Shown: positions 11,597-22,601 of the stretch, piece after piece
Numbering within the stretch: the stretch's first letter is position 1
Layout: every line of letters starts with the position of its first letter
NCBI GenBank assembly: GCA_963755915.1
Contig: CAVWLP010000003.1
Location: 1,216,001-1,280,000 of the forward strand
Direction: 5' to 3'
Length of the DNA: 64,000 nucleotides
From: an uncultured Phycisphaerales bacterium
GTDB lineage: Bacteria > Planctomycetota > Phycisphaerae > Tepidisphaerales > Tepidisphaeraceae
Made by a program: the position numbers and the translations under genes
Notes under the pieces: generated by a model
What the model was told of the DNA's origin: nothing
The model's database searches: none
The model's input: only the letters and a program-made list of their open reading frames with translations

Positions 11597-12664
11597 TTAC
11601 GGGAGGCCGGGGAGACCTTTGATCCAACCCTGAGCAAACGGATTATTATCGGCGGGCGGGGGAGGGGGCGTAGACGCGGGCGGATTCAGAGGCCAGGGAG
11701 ATCCGGGCGTCCCGTAGGCTGCGTTCCAGTAATAAGGGAGCTGTGTCGTAGCGGGGGGGCCGATGTAGCAATCGTAGAAATCGCCCCAGCCCGAGTTGCC
11801 GGCGTAGGTGTAGGGCCACTGTCCGCCCACATGGGTGTAAGTATTGCCGGAGCCATTATATCCGGCAGCCACCGTATTTGTCGGAACGAGCATTTGAGTG
11901 TAGGGGTTGATGGTGGAGACATGCCCGTCGGCGGATAGGACGTTGCACATTTTCCCGCCGCCGTGGGGCGCGTACCCGCGATTTGGATCGCCCGTGCCCC
12001 CTGCGATTTGGTTATTGACGACAGTAGCCCAGGACTGGAAGTAGTCTTTATATCCTGCCGGCCAATTTTTGGTTCCGTTGAAGTTGGGTTTGACAGAGTC
12101 GGTGAGCAGAATGACGTTGCCGGGCACCTGGGTGATTTTTGGATTGGAAGCAACAGGGTAGATTCCGGTTGTGATGGCACCTCCAAACTTACTGACCCCC
12201 ATAAAGTAGTTGTAGATGTAGTCGCCGAAATAGAGACCGGCGTCACCAGAGGTTGCGGCGTACTGGGATTGCGGCGGATCCGTGCTGTGATCGGCCGCCG
12301 GATCGCGCAGGAGGCCAGCACAAATCGTCCAGTTTCCGATGTTGTAGCCATTGATTCCACTGGAGGCATTGGGATTTGTGGGAGCGCCGGCCTTGCCGAG
12401 TTCCATGCCAATGAGCTGATATTCCCACCAGTCGATTTCACCGCTGGTGATCTGGTAGTAACAGGGAAGGACGCACTGCTGATTGTCGCCGGCATACATC
12501 GTCCAGACGAGGTAGAACTGGCGTTCGTTGGAAGCGCAGGCGACGGTGTTGGCCTGATCGCGAGCTTTCTGGAGCGCGGGGAGAAGGATGCCAATGAGGA
12601 CGGCGATGATGCCGATCACGACCAGAAGCTCGACGAGAGTGAACGCCCGAATCCGCTTAGTCAT
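11597..12664 (-). CDS. Prepilin-type N-methylation protein with DUF1559-like region and H-X9-DG-like C-terminal motif
   Basis: [35 protein letters not shown] and [17 protein letters not shown]. Confidence 0.9.
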   Translation of the reverse strand: MTKRIRAFTLVELLVVIGIIAVLIGILLPALQKARDQANTVACASNERQFYLVWTMYAGDNQQCVLPCYYQITSGEIDWWEYQLIGMELGKAGAPTNPNASSGINGYNIGNWTICAGLLRDPAADHSTDPPQSQYAATSGDAGLYFGDYIYNYFMGVSKFGGAITTGIYPVASNPKITQVPGNVILLTDSVKPNFNGTKNWPAGYKDYFQSWATVVNNQIAGGTGDPNRGYAPHGGGKMCNVLSADGHVSTINPYTQMLVPTNTVAAGYNGSGNTYTHVGGQWPYTYAGNSGWGDFYDCYIGPPATTQLPYYWNAAYGTPGSPWPLNPPASTPPPPPADNNPFAQGWIKGLPGLP

Positions 12665-12771
12665 AAGAGACCTCCGACAGACCGCGCCGACATGAAAATT
12701 GCGGCACCTCCGTACGCGCCCAACCCTACAACTTATACGTCGGGTAAGCCATCGCGTTTCCTGACAACTTT

Positions 12772-14790
12772 TTATGAAATCGTTGTACTTTTTGATGAAG
12801 AGATTGGGGCTGGATTGTCGGGGGCAATCGTTATGGGGCGAAGATCGGAATTGGAGTATTCGCCCACGCTTCCGTCGTCGCTGGAGTTGCGTTTCATCGT
12901 GGCCAGGCGGGTGAAGAAAAGGCGGAGATCGTTTATTCCGCCAACGCCGAACCAGAGGAGGGTGATGATGACCACCACGACGGGGATGATGATTCCGACG
13001 TAAAGCCAGTAGGAGGCCCAGAGGCTGGTGGGCCAGGGGCGGATGAAGTTCCAGATGGTGCCGACGAGGACGACGGCGAGCCAGAACATGGACCAGAAGA
13101 AGATGCCGCCGGAGACGATTTTGTCCCAGAAGGTGAAGTCTTCGTCGAAGCCGAGGAAGCGGGTCCAGTTGAGATTCATTTTGCGCTGTCGTGCGACGGC
13201 GGGGGTTTCGGCCTGGTCGTCGGCGACGGCGTATTTTCCGCGGTGAAGGAGGCGGTCCATGTCGAAATCTTCGCGGGAGGTGAGCAGAGAGATGAGGATG
13301 TAAACGACGGCGGCGGCGGCGGCGGCGATGAAGCGCGATTGATTCCCGTTGAAATTGAAATAGCGAGAGAGGGAGGGGATATCGTGGTGGATGAGGATGC
13401 TTCCAAGGGTGATGCCGGAGCCGGTGATCAGGGCGGCCCAGGCGGCGGAGGTGGTTCCTTTTTTCCAGTAGAGGCCGCCAACGATGGCAGCCCCCCCACC
13501 GCAGAGGAAGACGCCCTCAGTGACGAGCCACCACATGACGATGTCCATTTTCTGATGGAAGAAGGTGCTGAAGAGGAAAGCAAAGACGGCGACGCCGATG
13601 ACGGCGAGGCGGAGAAGAAGGACGTGGTGAGCGGGCTTCATCGGGGTTTTGCGCAAGGGAAGGACGATGTCCTGGATGAGGATTCCGCCCCAGGTAAGGA
13701 TGTGGCTGGCGTCGCCGGACATGAGGGTCAGGACCATGATGAGGCAGAAGAGCCCTTTGACGCCGACGGGGAGCATATAGCGCAGCGCGATGGGGACCTG
13801 CATCTGGGAGCGGACTTCGGGGTCGGAGATGGCGGCGATGGCATTTTTGCCTGGAAAATGGGGGGATTTCATGAAGGTCATGGCGCCCAGGACCAGGACG
13901 ACGAGCATGACGTTGCGGGCCATCGTGCGCCAGTAGCCGAGGACGAGGCCCATGCGGGATTCATGGGGATTGCGGGCGGCGGAGGCGAAGGAATTGTCCT
14001 TCTGGACGGCGTTGGTGCCGTAGATGAGGGTGAGCAGGACCATGATCGCGTACCAGGCGTTGTAGTCCTTGGTCTTGGTCTGATCGAAGGGATTGACCAG
14101 TGAGTTGCCGGGCGGGGCGCTGGTGATGGTGGCGCGCATTTCCGGCCAACTGATGACGCAGAAGATGGCGGCGATGACGATGACCCAGACGAGGTGGGAG
14201 ACGATGCCTTCGATGCAATCGGTGACCATGAGGGTGATCTGCCCGCCGACGAGCATCATGGTCAGGGTGCAACTGAGATAGGCGGCCATGATGAGGCAGT
14301 TGGTGGGGACGGCGAAGCCGAAGGGGTGGACTTTTTCGGGGAGGTTGAGGAAGTAGACGAAGAAGGTGGAAGAGACGGCGGGGAAGATGCCGTAGTTGAG
14401 GATGCCGGAGAGGAAACCGAGCACGCCGGCGAAGAGGCGGAAGCGGCGGGAATAGCGCATCTCGAAGAACTGGCCGAGGGTCATGGCGCGGGTCTGGCGA
14501 TAGCGATAGACGACGAAGCCGAAGATGGCGACGAGGAGGAGTACGGGAGTGGAAAGAGAATCCCACCAGGAGAGGCAGAAACCGGCGGCGAGAAGAGGCT
14601 GGAACTTGGCGAGGGTATTGGCGATGCCGGTGGAGGCCTGGCCCTTGGAATTGCAAAGGATGTAGCGGCCGGCGGCCCGTCCACCGGCGACGAAGTCGGC
14701 AACGGATTTGACGTAGCGTCGGGTGTAGACCGCGCAGGCGATCACGAAGAGGATGGGCAGGACGGTGAGGATCCAGTCGATCGGATGCAT
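12772..14790 (-). CDS. Sodium:solute symporter (SSS) family transporter
   Basis: About 14 hydrophobic segments. [12 protein letters not shown] and [19 protein letters not shown] motifs. Confidence 0.9.
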   Translation of the reverse strand: MHPIDWILTVLPILFVIACAVYTRRYVKSVADFVAGGRAAGRYILCNSKGQASTGIANTLAKFQPLLAAGFCLSWWDSLSTPVLLLVAIFGFVVYRYRQTRAMTLGQFFEMRYSRRFRLFAGVLGFLSGILNYGIFPAVSSTFFVYFLNLPEKVHPFGFAVPTNCLIMAAYLSCTLTMMLVGGQITLMVTDCIEGIVSHLVWVIVIAAIFCVISWPEMRATITSAPPGNSLVNPFDQTKTKDYNAWYAIMVLLTLIYGTNAVQKDNSFASAARNPHESRMGLVLGYWRTMARNVMLVVLVLGAMTFMKSPHFPGKNAIAAISDPEVRSQMQVPIALRYMLPVGVKGLFCLIMVLTLMSGDASHILTWGGILIQDIVLPLRKTPMKPAHHVLLLRLAVIGVAVFAFLFSTFFHQKMDIVMWWLVTEGVFLCGGGAAIVGGLYWKKGTTSAAWAALITGSGITLGSILIHHDIPSLSRYFNFNGNQSRFIAAAAAAVVYILISLLTSREDFDMDRLLHRGKYAVADDQAETPAVARQRKMNLNWTRFLGFDEDFTFWDKIVSGGIFFWSMFWLAVVLVGTIWNFIRPWPTSLWASYWLYVGIIIPVVVVIITLLWFGVGGINDLRLFFTRLATMKRNSSDDGSVGEYSNSDLRPITIAPDNPAPISSSKSTTIS

Positions 14791-15042
14791 GAAGCAGTCG
14801 CCAAGTGCTTGTCGTTGAAATCGTTGCCGCGCTTGCGGGGATTATCACCTTTCGGGGGCGGGTGAGCCAAGCATTTCAAAATGTACAAAGGATTTGTCAA
14901 TGATTGTCAGCCGGGGGAAGCAAGAGCGGGTTAAGATGAAGCTTGCCATTGGAATAGGTTGGAGTTCACGAGAAGGTTGATTTGGCGCGTTTGATTCGGC
15001 CCGTTTTGTAGCTTGTGCTGAATTTTGCGAGGGAAACAACTT

Positions 15043-18000
15043 ATGTTGCGGAGAAATGCAGGGGGCGAGGCACTGCGCGGTGGGGATTCATCTTCAAAAT
15101 CTGCGAAGCGTCGGCGGATTTATTCGGCGACGCGGATTGAGGCGGTCGAGAGCCGCATCATGCTCTCGCTTCCGCCTCTGCCGGTGATTCCGACAGGCGC
15201 TGGGCACTTGTTTGAGGTGACGTCCTACGGCGCGGTGGGGAACGGATCGACCAACGACACCGCGGACATCCAGGCGGCGATCAACGCGGCTTCGAATGCG
15301 GGTGGGGGAATCGTTGAATTCACCGCGGCGAGCGGCGCATATGAATCCGGCGAGCTCACGATGGCCAGCAACGTGGATCTACAGATCGATTCGGGGGCCG
15401 AATTGCAGGCGGTGAGCTCGCTTGCGTCGTCCAGCACGTTTATTTCATGCAGTCACACCAGCAATTTTGAAATTACCGGTTTGGGAAGCGGGTCGAGCAT
15501 GGGGCGCATTGACGGGAACAACGGGGGCGTGGCGGCCAGCCTGAACATGATTACGCTCAACGACGTGAATATTGGGCTGATCCAGAACGTGCAGATTACG
15601 AACTCTCCGCACGAGCATATCAACGGCAGCGGGGGAAGCGATAACGATGTAACGATCAACGGGGTGGTGATCAATACGGGCTCAGCAGTGGGGCAGACGG
15701 ATGGGATCGATCCGCAGGGAACGAACTGGCTGATTGAGAACTGCACGATTTCCGATGGGGACGATGATATTGCGGTGAAGCCGGAATCGGTTTTCTGCTC
15801 CAATATCATCGTAGAAAATTGCACAATTCTGTCGGGACACGGGATTTCGGTGGGCGGGGAGACGAACGCCGGATTGAACGGATTTTATGTGAACAACGTG
15901 ACGTTCAACGGGACGACGAACGGGCTGAGGCTGAAGGCGGACGTAGGGAACGGGGGCGTGGTGGAGAACGTGGCTTTCTCCAACATCACGATGACGAACG
16001 TGCAGTATCCGATTCTGGTGGACAGCTATTACAACCAGAGCAACGATATCCCGACGAGTCCAACGAGCGTGACGTATTCAGCGTACGTGGCGGAGAGCAC
16101 GCCGCTGTGGGAAAACGTGATTTTCGCGAACGTGACGTCGACGAATACGGCGAGCAATTCGGTGGCGGGGATCATTTACGGGCTGCCCGAGGCGCTGGCG
16201 ACGAATTTTGATTTTGTGAACGTGAAGATTTCGGCGCATGTTGGCATGCAGATCGACTATGCCAGCGGGATGTATTTCGATGCGAACACGAAATTCACGG
16301 CAGCCAGCGGGAGCGATGTTTTCGGGTCGACGACGGGATCGCCGACGTTTCCGAATCCTTATGATTCGGTGGACATGGCGGCGGGGTATGCGAATGCGGA
16401 CATCGGGTCGCCGACGGTGCCGAACGAAACTTCAGAGGCGATTTACGATCCGGGTTCGACGCAGTGGACGATCATGGGGGATGGGGGCGGATTTTCGGGG
16501 TCGAGCGATCAGTTTAATTCGTCGTTTGGGAATGTCATCGGGAACGCGACAGAGGAGGCGGAGCTGACGAGCCTGAGCGCGGTGAGCGGGGCGACGCCGA
16601 TTGCGGGGGTGATGTTCCGGAACAGCAACAGCGCGACGGATCCGTTTGTGGCGATGGTGCAGACACAGGGGGGCATAATTGATTTTGAATACCGGACGAC
16701 GGCGAGCGGCGCTGTGGCGGTGGGCAATACTTTCATTGCGACGGTGGGGACGTATTACCTGGAGATCACGCGGTCGGGGAGCACGTTTACGGGGTCTTAC
16801 AGCACGAACGGGACGAACTGGACAACGCTGGGAACGATATCGATCGCCGGCATCGGGACGGATGCGAAGGCGGGTCTGGCGGTGACCTCCAGCAGCAACG
16901 GGAACGAGACGACGGCGCTGTTTTCACATGTTTCCGTGCTGACGGGGCCGAGCGTTGCGACGGCGGCGTCGGCCAATCCGAACGCGACGAATGGGCTGAC
17001 GACGAGCCTGAGCGTACTGGGATCGGAGAACGGAACCGATAGCGGGTTCACCTATATCTGGCAGTCGGGGACTCCCGGGGCGGCGCAGGTGCTCTACACA
17101 GACAACGATACGAATACGGCGAAGAATAATACGGCCACGTTCCCGGCGACGGGGACGTATCCGATGACGGCACTGATTATCGATCCGCTCGGGCTGAGCA
17201 CGAGCAGCTCATTTTCGCTGGCGGTGGACAGCGTCTATGCGGCGCTCTCGGGGTCGACGCTGGATATCACGCTTAACGGGAACGGCGCGGTTTCGCTGAG
17301 CGGGTCGGGAAGCACGGTGACGGCTTCGCAGAACGGGGGCTCGGTGAATTTCACCGGCGTAACCAATATCGTGGTGACGGATTCGGGGACGGGCGATACG
17401 CTGAATTTCAACGGCGGACTGACGACGCCAATCACGTTTACGGGGATGGGAAGTTCGACGGTGAATGTGAACGGGGGAACGCTGAATTTCGCATCCGCGG
17501 CGACGATTGCGCTGGGGGTGCTGAATATCAATACCGCAGCGCTGGCGGCGGTACCGGTGAATTCCTCGGCACAAACGCAGCTTCTGCTGAATGGGCTTTC
17601 GATCAACGGCGGGACGCTGGATTTAAGCGATAACGAGATGTTTATCACCTACGGCAGCGGAAGCGACCCGATGTCGATGATCTATAGCTATCTCCAGTCG
17701 GGCTATAACAACGGCGATTGGAATGGGACGGGGATTATCTCGACATCGGCGCAGACGCCGACGAATGGATTGAACTATGGGCTGGGGTTCTCGGACGGGA
17801 AAGATGGAGTTGTGAGCGGATTGTCGTCGGGACAGATCGAGGTGAAGTATACGCTGGTGGGAGATACGAACCTGGACGGGACAGTGAACGGGACGGACTT
17901 CAGCATCCTGGCGGGGAATTTTGGGCTGGGGTATACGAACTGGGACCAGGGTAACTTTTTGTTCGGGTCGTCGGTGAATGGGTCGGATTTCTCGGCGTTG

Positions 18001-18258
18001 TCCGCGAACTTTGGGCAGGGAGCGGTGCTGCCTGCGGTGGCAATCGTTGAAGCGCCGGAGGTGCCGGTGATCGTGACGACGACGAGTACAACCGCTGCTG
18101 CGTCGACGAGCACGCCTGCAACGTCAACCGGGACGGGAAAGACGACCGTGGCGGCGGCGACGAGCAGCAATGGAAGCCAGACAACGGATTCGGGGGATTC
18201 GACGACTGGCGATGTGATGCGGCAGGTACTGAAGAAGCAATCGAAGCATAGGGGTTAG
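15043..18258 (+). CDS. Extracellular multidomain GH28 polygalacturonase (LESR signature, GH28, ConA-like/DUF1349-like, PKD-like, dockerin-like cassette)
   Basis: IEAVESRIMLS; GH28 motifs QTDGID, GDDDIAVK, GHG, RLK; C-terminal [14 protein letters not shown]; Ser/Thr-rich tail; no PEP-CTERM. Confidence 0.85.
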   Translation: MLRRNAGGEALRGGDSSSKSAKRRRIYSATRIEAVESRIMLSLPPLPVIPTGAGHLFEVTSYGAVGNGSTNDTADIQAAINAASNAGGGIVEFTAASGAYESGELTMASNVDLQIDSGAELQAVSSLASSSTFISCSHTSNFEITGLGSGSSMGRIDGNNGGVAASLNMITLNDVNIGLIQNVQITNSPHEHINGSGGSDNDVTINGVVINTGSAVGQTDGIDPQGTNWLIENCTISDGDDDIAVKPESVFCSNIIVENCTILSGHGISVGGETNAGLNGFYVNNVTFNGTTNGLRLKADVGNGGVVENVAFSNITMTNVQYPILVDSYYNQSNDIPTSPTSVTYSAYVAESTPLWENVIFANVTSTNTASNSVAGIIYGLPEALATNFDFVNVKISAHVGMQIDYASGMYFDANTKFTAASGSDVFGSTTGSPTFPNPYDSVDMAAGYANADIGSPTVPNETSEAIYDPGSTQWTIMGDGGGFSGSSDQFNSSFGNVIGNATEEAELTSLSAVSGATPIAGVMFRNSNSATDPFVAMVQTQGGIIDFEYRTTASGAVAVGNTFIATVGTYYLEITRSGSTFTGSYSTNGTNWTTLGTISIAGIGTDAKAGLAVTSSSNGNETTALFSHVSVLTGPSVATAASANPNATNGLTTSLSVLGSENGTDSGFTYIWQSGTPGAAQVLYTDNDTNTAKNNTATFPATGTYPMTALIIDPLGLSTSSSFSLAVDSVYAALSGSTLDITLNGNGAVSLSGSGSTVTASQNGGSVNFTGVTNIVVTDSGTGDTLNFNGGLTTPITFTGMGSSTVNVNGGTLNFASAATIALGVLNINTAALAAVPVNSSAQTQLLLNGLSINGGTLDLSDNEMFITYGSGSDPMSMIYSYLQSGYNNGDWNGTGIISTSAQTPTNGLNYGLGFSDGKDGVVSGLSSGQIEVKYTLVGDTNLDGTVNGTDFSILAGNFGLGYTNWDQGNFLFGSSVNGSDFSALSANFGQGAVLPAVAIVEAPEVPVIVTTTSTTAAASTSTPATSTGTGKTTVAAATSSNGSQTTDSGDSTTGDVMRQVLKKQSKHRG

Positions 18259-18581
18259 CAGAACGAAGACAGCGAAGTATTGAGCGGGCTGATCTTTGTT
18301 GCGGGCCATTGTCGCAAATTATTCGCCGAAAGTCGTAAAATAGACGGCCAATAATACCGAGAAAAGCAGGCGTTTCTGCCGGATTTTGGAGCCATTTTGG
18401 CGGATTATGACGGCTGTCCGGGCGGGGTGGCTGACGAAAACAGCCTGAAATCGTGTGCAAAACGTGCAACTTTATTCGCCATTTAATGCAAAGGTTCGCG
18501 GATGCGTTTTTCGCAAATTGGGGTATGTTCATTTTGACCAGTATCAGATCGACATGTCCTATTTACGAGAGGAGCGGGCTA

Positions 18582-19655
18582 ATGCGAGGAATTTCGAAGG
18601 GTAGTCGCGGGTTTCGGGTATTAGCGGGGGCAAGCATTGCGGGATTGGCCGCGATGTACCCTGCGAAGTCGATTGCGTCGCTGTTGCCAGTGTCGGTTAT
18701 GGACGACACTTTCACCAATGGCAGCACGGTTGACAGTGCGTCGCAGTCTTACAACAACACGGCGTCGCCGACTTCGGATTCGACGAACTATGACATTGCC
18801 TCGAGCAAGAGCTCGACAGCATCGACCTCGGGGACGATTCCCAACGGCGGGCCGCTGAAGCTTATCACGGTAAGCAGTACGTCAGGGATCACGCAGGCCG
18901 CGGCGGTGTTTACGAGCACGCCAGTTGTGCTGCAGAACGTTGGGGATGAGATCGAGCTGACGGTTTCGTTCACGAACACAGCGGCGGTTGATACCTCCGC
19001 GTTTTCAAGTGCCGCGGTATATCTGGGACTTTATAGTTCTGGTGGAGCGACCCCCTATAACAACATGGGCAACGGCAGCAGCAGCGTCAATACGATCACA
19101 GGGCTGAATAATACGGAGATCAGCGACAACACCGGCGGCACACAAAACTGGGTGGGTTACGAGACGGACTACTTTGGGGGAAGCAAGCCGAAGATTTATT
19201 CCCGCCCGGCGCAGGCAACCACGACGACTAATGTTGATCAAGCGCTCGTGGGGACGGGCCAGACCGGCGGATATGCGACGGCAGGCACACAGTCGACGTA
19301 TACCAGCGAGAGCTCGACGGAAGCGTATCTCACGACAGGAGACGTGTACACAGACGAGATTACGATCACGCTCAGCGCGGCGGACATCTATACGATCACG
19401 CAGGCCATATATAACGGATCCACCGACACGGGCACGGAAATCGGCACGACGACCTCCGGTCCATTGGCGGCCCTGGGCGCTGGCGCTGGGTTTGACGGCC
19501 TGGCCATCGGCTACCGCGAAACAGCTGGGGGGACAGGCGAGGAAATGGACATCAACGCGGTTGATGTGACGACGACGGTTCCCGAGCCGGCTACGATCGG
19601 GCTCCTGGGGCTGGCCGGCGCGGGGTTGCTGGCCCGGCGGCGGCGAAAGGCCTGA
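18582..19655 (+). CDS. PEP-CTERM protein, Ser/Thr-rich
   Basis: RBS AGGAG, signal peptide, ends [25 protein letters not shown]. Confidence 0.9.
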   Translation: MRGISKGSRGFRVLAGASIAGLAAMYPAKSIASLLPVSVMDDTFTNGSTVDSASQSYNNTASPTSDSTNYDIASSKSSTASTSGTIPNGGPLKLITVSSTSGITQAAAVFTSTPVVLQNVGDEIELTVSFTNTAAVDTSAFSSAAVYLGLYSSGGATPYNNMGNGSSSVNTITGLNNTEISDNTGGTQNWVGYETDYFGGSKPKIYSRPAQATTTTNVDQALVGTGQTGGYATAGTQSTYTSESSTEAYLTTGDVYTDEITITLSAADIYTITQAIYNGSTDTGTEIGTTTSGPLAALGAGAGFDGLAIGYRETAGGTGEEMDINAVDVTTTVPEPATIGLLGLAGAGLLARRRRKA

Positions 19656-19692
19656 TTCAGCGGCGTCTGATTCGGGAAATCTGAATTTGCAT

Positions 19693-19726
19693 TGAAGAGC
19701 CGGCATTTTCCATGCCGGCTTTTTCA
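19693..19726 (+). terminator. Rho-independent terminator
   Basis: AGCCGGCAT-TTTCC-ATGCCGGCT followed by TTTT. Confidence 0.85.
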
Positions 19727-19784
19727 TTTGGCGCGGTGGGACTTTGGGCTATGCTGCCCGTCTGTCCCGCCGGTGACATTTGCG

Positions 19785-21661
19785 ATGGATCATGGACCGT
19801 TGGATATTGCGCTTCAGGAGGGAATTCGGCGGCACCAGGCCGGGGATATGAAAGCAGCGGAGGCTGTTTATCAAAGTATCCTGGCGCAGAAATCCGACCA
19901 CCATCCGTCGCTGCACCTTCTGGGGGTGATCGCGCTCCAGAGAAGGGAGTTCGCCCTGGCGATTTCGACAATTAGCCGGGCGATCGCGATTGAGCCGCAA
20001 GTCTGGCTCTATCACTGCAACGTCGGGAAAGCGCTCTACGAGAGTGGCCAGACGGGGGCAGCCATATTGGCGTTTCAGACCGCACTGCGACTGGGAGGCA
20101 GATCGATTGAGTTGTACAACGACCTTGGCAACGCTTTGTGCCGGGAGGAAAAGTATTGGGAGGCGACACGGATTTACCGGCAGTGCCTGGAAACCAATCC
20201 CAATTCCGCCATCGTGCACAACAACCTGGGGAACGCGCTGGTTGCGATGGGAAGCATGGAAGAGGCAATAGCAACATATCGGCGAGCACTGGAGATCAAT
20301 CCGGAATATTCAGATGCGGCATTTAATCTTGGCAACGCGCTATACAACGCGCGGCAATGGAAAGACGCGGCCGCGGCCTATCGTCGGACGATCGGGCTCG
20401 ATCCACGGGCAACGCAGGCCCACCTGAATTTAGCTAATTCACTGCTGGCGGACGATGCCGTGGAAGAAGCCGTGGCGGCATATCTGGGCGTCATCGAAAT
20501 GGATCCAAACTGTGCCGAAGTTCACAACAACCTGGGCACGGCGCTGAAATCGCTGGGACGACTTAAAGAGGCAATCACAAGGTATCGCGAGGCGATCCGG
20601 ATCGATCCGGCTTATGTAACTGCCCACATGAATCTCGGAATGGCGCTTCTTCTGACCGGCAATCTTGAGGAGGGATGGGAAGCGTATGAATGGCGGTTGA
20701 AAGTGAAAGACCATTTACCACCCTGGACATCGGGGCGCAGAGGTGGGAAGGGAATGCAAAGAAAGGTCAAACGGTTTTGCTGACCGCCGAGCAGGGATTT
20801 GGGGAGACAATTCAGTTTGTGCGATTTGCTGCGATGGCGGCACAGGCAGGCGCGAACGTGATCGTGCAATGCCAGGCGGAGCTGGTTTGCCTGCTGCGAT
20901 CAAATCGGGAGTTCGGGCAGGTGATCTCGCTCACTGAGGGTGCGCCGAAATTTGACGTGCATTGCCCGCTGGTGAGCCTGGGGCGGGTCTTTGCCAGGCG
21001 AAAAGATTCAATCCCGGCGGCCATCCCATATCTATTTGCCGAGAAACAACTGGTTGAATCCTGGAAACAAAAGCTGGGCAGGGATGATGGCAAGTTGACA
21101 GTTGGACTGGTCTGGACGGGGAATCCGCTCTTCAAGGAGAACGCCAGACGGTCGATGAGGCTGGAACAATTGGCGCAGCTGGGGAGCGTGGAGGGTGTTG
21201 AATTTTATAGTCTTCAGAAGGGGAAGGCCGGAGAGCAGGCGAAATATCCGCCGGATGGACTAAAGCTGATAGACCTGGGTCCGGAGCTAAACGATTTCGC
21301 GGAGACGGCGGCAGTGATGTCGAACCTGGATTTGATCATTACCACGGACACATCGATTCCGCATCTGGCCGGGGCCTTGGGGCGGCCGGTGTGGCTCATG
21401 CTGCAATTTGTGCCGGATTTTCGGTGGATGCTGGAGCGGGAAGACAGTCCGTGGTATCCGACGATGCGGCTGTTTCGGCAGAGGGCGCCGGGGGATTGGG
21501 AGGGGGTGATCAGCCGGGTTGCTGCGGCGCTGAAGGATTTGCGGCTGACAGGGCTACGGAACTCGTGTCGAAGCCTCGTTCATCGAGTTCGTGAAAATGT
21601 CGGAAAAGACTGCGTACGAACACGTGAAATCAATGAGCGAATTTCAGATTCGCTTTGTTGA
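19785..21661 (+). CDS. TPR-repeat glycosyltransferase (GT9-like C-terminus), frameshift near 20710
   Basis: About 8 TPRs (HNNLGNAL), then GWEAYEWR, EQGFGETIQF, DLIITTDTSIPHLAGALG and SPWYPTMRLFRQ. The exact 3' end is uncertain. Confidence 0.85.
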
Positions 21662-22081
21662 GGGCGGCAAACTGTTCACCGCGTTTATTATCAGGCCGGA
21701 AGATATTGAGGAAAAGTGCAAACACTTGCCGGTGCTGTCGCTGACGAAAGACGATGTGACGTTCTCAGTTGGCTTAAAGGATACAGGTCTCGGTGATCCA
21801 GACGTGCCTACTGGACGTTTTGAACGTCCTGAAGTCAGTTTTACTAAGTACGTATTCCCGGCGACATGGGTCGCATCGATGCTAAAGATGGCTCATCTGA
21901 CGTAGCATTAGAGGTTTGCGATAGCTATGCACGCTTTCCGGATGGAAGCGAATGTCCCAGCGTGCGTATCTGGTTTTTTGGTCAGCGGAATTCGATAGAA
22001 AGAGTATTCCCTTTACTGCTCGGTTTTCTCGCAGCGTTTAGCGCCGAAGACTTTGACGAATTGATACGCGAACTAAACTGA
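21597..22081 (+). CDS. Low-GC hypothetical protein, probably one gene frameshifted near 21870
   Basis: Consecutive overlapping ORFs 21591..21905 and 21866..22081 in an AT-richer tract. No recognisable domain. Confidence 0.4.
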
Positions 22082-22310
22082 CGCGAACCTTTACATCGAT
22101 TTCCCTTATGCCTTCTTGAAACGCATCCATTGGATCGCCACCGCCCTCAAAGCACCGACACTCGTCCCCCATTCCGGCTGAACCAGCGCCACATAAACGC
22201 ATTACTCTCCGAAGGCTTTTGCCTGCATCGCTTTATGTTCGTCGATCCGCTGGGGAGTGCGAGACAGATATCCGTATAGAAGTTAGTATTCACTAATCAA
22301 AATCCCAAAA

Positions 22311-22340
22311 CTGTCAGATTTTGTCAGATTCTGTCAGATC
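22311..22340. repeat. Three 10-bp direct repeats YTGTCAGATY
   Basis: CTGTCAGATT TTGTCAGATT CTGTCAGATC. Confidence 0.8.
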
Positions 22341-22601
22341 GCCCCCCCCAGGAGCCAATTCCAGCAGCTAAACCCAGGACCCAAACCCAGAAACTAAACC
22401 CGCCGCAACCCCAAAACCCGGTCATTCCCCGCAAGGTCCTCGATACTGCGGAAATCCGAAAAAGCGTGAGCGTTCAACCAACCGCATCTTTCCCGCGCGT
22501 AGCTTGGTCGGTCAGACTCGGCGGGATGAGCAAATCCCATCAGCAGCGGCGTCTGCGCTGGCAGGCGATCGTTTCGTCGCTGGACCTATGCGGGGTACCG
22601 A

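Noticed and set aside
21559-21590. Hairpin GAACTCG...CGAGTTC containing GTCGAAGCC as another micro-element copy
   Set aside because: Similarity is too short and degenerate to support.
22311-22420. Possible CRISPR array
   Set aside because: Units are 6-10 bp with no 25-40 bp repeats or unique spacers, and no cas genes are present.
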